NCBI RefSeq assembly: GCF_009914755.1
Contig: NC_060928.1
DNA length: 64,000 bases
Direction: 5' to 3' (one strand)
DNA from: the human T2T-CHM13v2.0 reference genome, Homo sapiens
The translations under genes were made by a program, and so were the position numbers. Position 1 is the first letter of the stretch; each line of letters opens with the position of its first letter. The notes under the pieces are model-generated. The model was not told the DNA's origin. It saw only the letters and a list, made by a program, of their open reading frames with translations, and did no database searches. Positions 61,296-64,000 of the stretch are shown here, one piece after another.

Positions 61296-62990
61296 TGAAG
61301 GCAGTGGTAGCCAATCTGGAGTGGCCACTGCCATAATGCCAGCTACAGTCGGGGAGGCAAGGCCAGGGCTGTGCTCCACAGAGCTGGCAGGAGCCGGGAA
61401 CAGACGGAAGTCCCATTCCCTTCTGAGGAGGCAGGACAGGAGCCTCGTGCTCCCTGTGTGAAGCTGCGGCCTCCCAGCCATGGCTCTAGACCCAAGCATC
61501 CCTGTGTTCCTGAGGGCCGGGCGCAGGAGGAGCCCTACCCTCCCAGGCACAGCTGTAGCTGCCCAGCCATGATTGTGGACCCAGGCATTACTGTACTCTT
61601 AGGGGCCTGGGAAGACCCTTTGCCCCTGCAGGCTTAGAAGTGTGTGTTCCCACCACCCTGGCCTCTTCTCACATCAGTTTTGGAGCAAAGTTTAGGCTAA
61701 GCCTGAGCGCTGTTGCAACCCAGCCAGGTGTGTGCATACTCAGGGCAGCACTGACATACCAGCCGCCTGCTGCCTTGGCCCCCTCCAGACTTTGGGTGCC
61801 AATGAGCATGGGAGGGAGGCCAAAGGTGGGGGCTGAGGGTAGCTCAGCGTGGGCCTGCAGGCACTCCTTGGCAGGAACAGCCTATGTCCCATGGGCACCA
61901 TGGATGGCAGGTTAATGGCGGCAGGAGGCCGACAGACTTCTGGGTGGAAAGGGGTGGTTCCCAGTGAAACCCCATCTTCAGGCCAAGGACAGCCTGAGGT
62001 CTGGGGGCTGGACTGCCTGAAGAATGGAGTGAGAACTTATGGAGCTTTTTCTGGCCATGCATGGACCAATCCCATAAAAACCCTAGGATTCAGCCTGACT
62101 TGGGCAGACGATGGAATGACCTGCCTGTGGAGAGGTGCTACCCACTGTGGGTCTCCTCTCTGCTGAAAGCTGAACACTCATCAGGACACCTTGCTTGTGG
62201 AGAGGAGCTACCCACTGTGGGTCTCCTCTCTGCTGAGAGCTGAATATTCATCAGGACACCGTGCCTGTGGAGAGGAACTACCCACTGTAAGTCTCCTCTG
62301 AGCTGTTCTGTCACTCAATAAAGCATCTCTTTGCTTTGCTCACCCTTCACTTGTCTGTGTACCTCATTCTTCCTGAACATGGGACAAGAACTCGGGACCC
62401 TCCAAATGGCAGGGCTGAAACAGCTGTAACAGAAGCAGGGCTGAAAGACACTCCTTGCTCACTACATTGTGGGTGATGGGAAGGAGAGAAGAGAGAAGGT
62501 GAGAATAGCTGTGGCCCTTCAGAGAGCCCAGACCTAGGAGCTCCCTGAGCCAGGGCTGTGACACCCTCTTTGGAGCTCTGCAGTTCCTGGCATCTCCAAG
62601 TTTCTGGATTCCAGCAGAAACTGCATTCTCCAATGCCAGCCGTAGATGCCAGCCATAGAAGCTGTTTGTACTATGCCTGGTCCAGCCACAGCCTCGCTGG
62701 GAGCTGGCACCTGTGCTGCTGCCCAAAGGTGCCTACCCCACCGCAGCCGGTGTGCCTGGTGGTGTGCAGCGGATGGACCCTTTGCTCACTTGCTCACAGA
62801 CCCCTCACCACTCTGCGCCTGGCTCACCCTAGGCAGGTGTGGGATCTAGGCCAGTAGCACAAGCTGAGTGCAGCCTGCCAGGTCAAGTGGGAGGAATGAG
62901 CCCAGCAGGCCGGAGCAAAACTCAGGCAAACATGCCACCAGCTACAGAGGTTTCTGTATGGGAAAGTGACATCCCACGTCTCCTGTGACA
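61296..62990 (+). mobile_element. MER52-family (MER52A-like) ERV1 solo LTR, ~1.7 kb
   Basis: GC-rich block with TG...CA ends (tgaaggcagtggtagccaatctggagtggccactg...tcctgtgaca), TATA-like cataaaaa at ~62073, aataaa at ~62317. Confidence 0.88.
62120..62299 (+). repeat. ~70-bp tandem repeat (about 2.5 copies) inside the MER52 LTR
   Basis: Repeated tgcctgtggagagg..ctacccactgtgggtctcctctctgctga.agctgaa..tcatcaggacacc. Confidence 0.9.
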
Positions 62991-64000
62991 ATAACAAATT
63001 TTTTCCCTTTTTCTCTTTCAACTAAACTTTAAAACATTGGTGGTTTTCTCAGTCATATGTAAGTTATGAAGACTATGTTTCAGATAATTCATTGTTTAGG
63101 ATTGAGTATTATAGTTCCATTTTACTATGTTTTATATGAAATAAAAACCACAACTTTGAAAAAGAAAAATATGAAACACCCCCTGAAGACAATGTCTGCT
63201 CTTATTACAAGATGTCATAAGTTGTCATCAGAGTCATTCTAACACAGGTCAACTAACGCAGTTATCATCTTAAGGCCTATAGCAACTGAATAGATGTCAT
63301 CCATTTGTATATGATATGTTCTGGCTTCCTAGGCATGTGGCAAGCTAGATTCCCCTCATGCCAGACATCCTAGGTGATCTATACCTGCACAGTATCCCTA
63401 AAAAGAGGCTCAGTACTGAAAACAAATGTAATGTTTTGGGGGCAAAGAGATATGTAGTAAATATATGAGAAACTATTGGGAAATATTACAGAAAAAATAA
63501 TTTCTATGAAAGCTGCATTCTGTAGGTGTTATGTAAAATATGTAAAATTTTTTAAAGCATTAAATTTTATCAGAATATGGAGCTGTTAATTCAGATAGTC
63601 CTGAAAGAATATCATCCTCTTTAAATTTTAAATGTGGTTTGGAATAATCAAGAAATAATAACTTCAATTTGTTTTAATAAAAAAAGGAGAAAAAGTATTA
63701 AGAAACTGAAAATCACAATTATCCTACACCTCAGTGATAATCACTGTTGCTATAGATATGTTCATGCCATTCTCTACCTTTATACATGCATACAGCTACA
63801 ATACTTTTTTTTAATTTTTTCATTTTAAATTTCAATATGGATTTTCTTTTTAGGTCAATAAAGGAAGAGTTGCCTCATTTTAATGTCTTTCTAAGATCAC
63901 ATAGTGGGGATTCATTTTAATGTATTTAATCAGACTATACACTAAAATGCCTCATATCATATACATTTAAAGTAAAATATTTGTTCTTAAAGTCTGAAAA

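Noticed and set aside
61269-63021. GC-rich block with many ORFs, resembling a gene promoter; its ~70-bp repeats superficially resemble an array
   Set aside because: Fully explained by the MER52 LTR; it is CpG-depleted and the repeats have no unique spacers, so it is neither a CpG island gene nor CRISPR

Overview
AT-rich, CpG-poor primate genomic DNA (hominoid, probably human, judged from the young L1PA and AluY content), intronic or intergenic. I recognise no host protein-coding exon, RNA gene, NUMT or CRISPR array, and cannot name the locus. The main features are a full-length but inactivated L1PA2/3-type LINE-1 (minus strand, ~40548-46589), 13 Alu/FLAM copies, two solo ERV1 LTRs (LTR8A-like, MER52-like), several MaLR (MLT1) LTRs, hAT and mariner MITEs, and old L2/MIR/L1M debris. 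The long ORFs in the track come from L1 or Alu; the rest look like chance ORFs. Subfamily names rest on recalled consensus sequences and need RepeatMasker/Dfam confirmation. I found no convincing new biological system. Best leads: a candidate octamer/TATA promoter with a spliceable small ORF at 13.7-14.4 kb, an 88-bp dispersed duplication that looks like a templated insertion, an L1 with no TSD but intact antisense splice donors, and several structurally odd retrotransposon copies.
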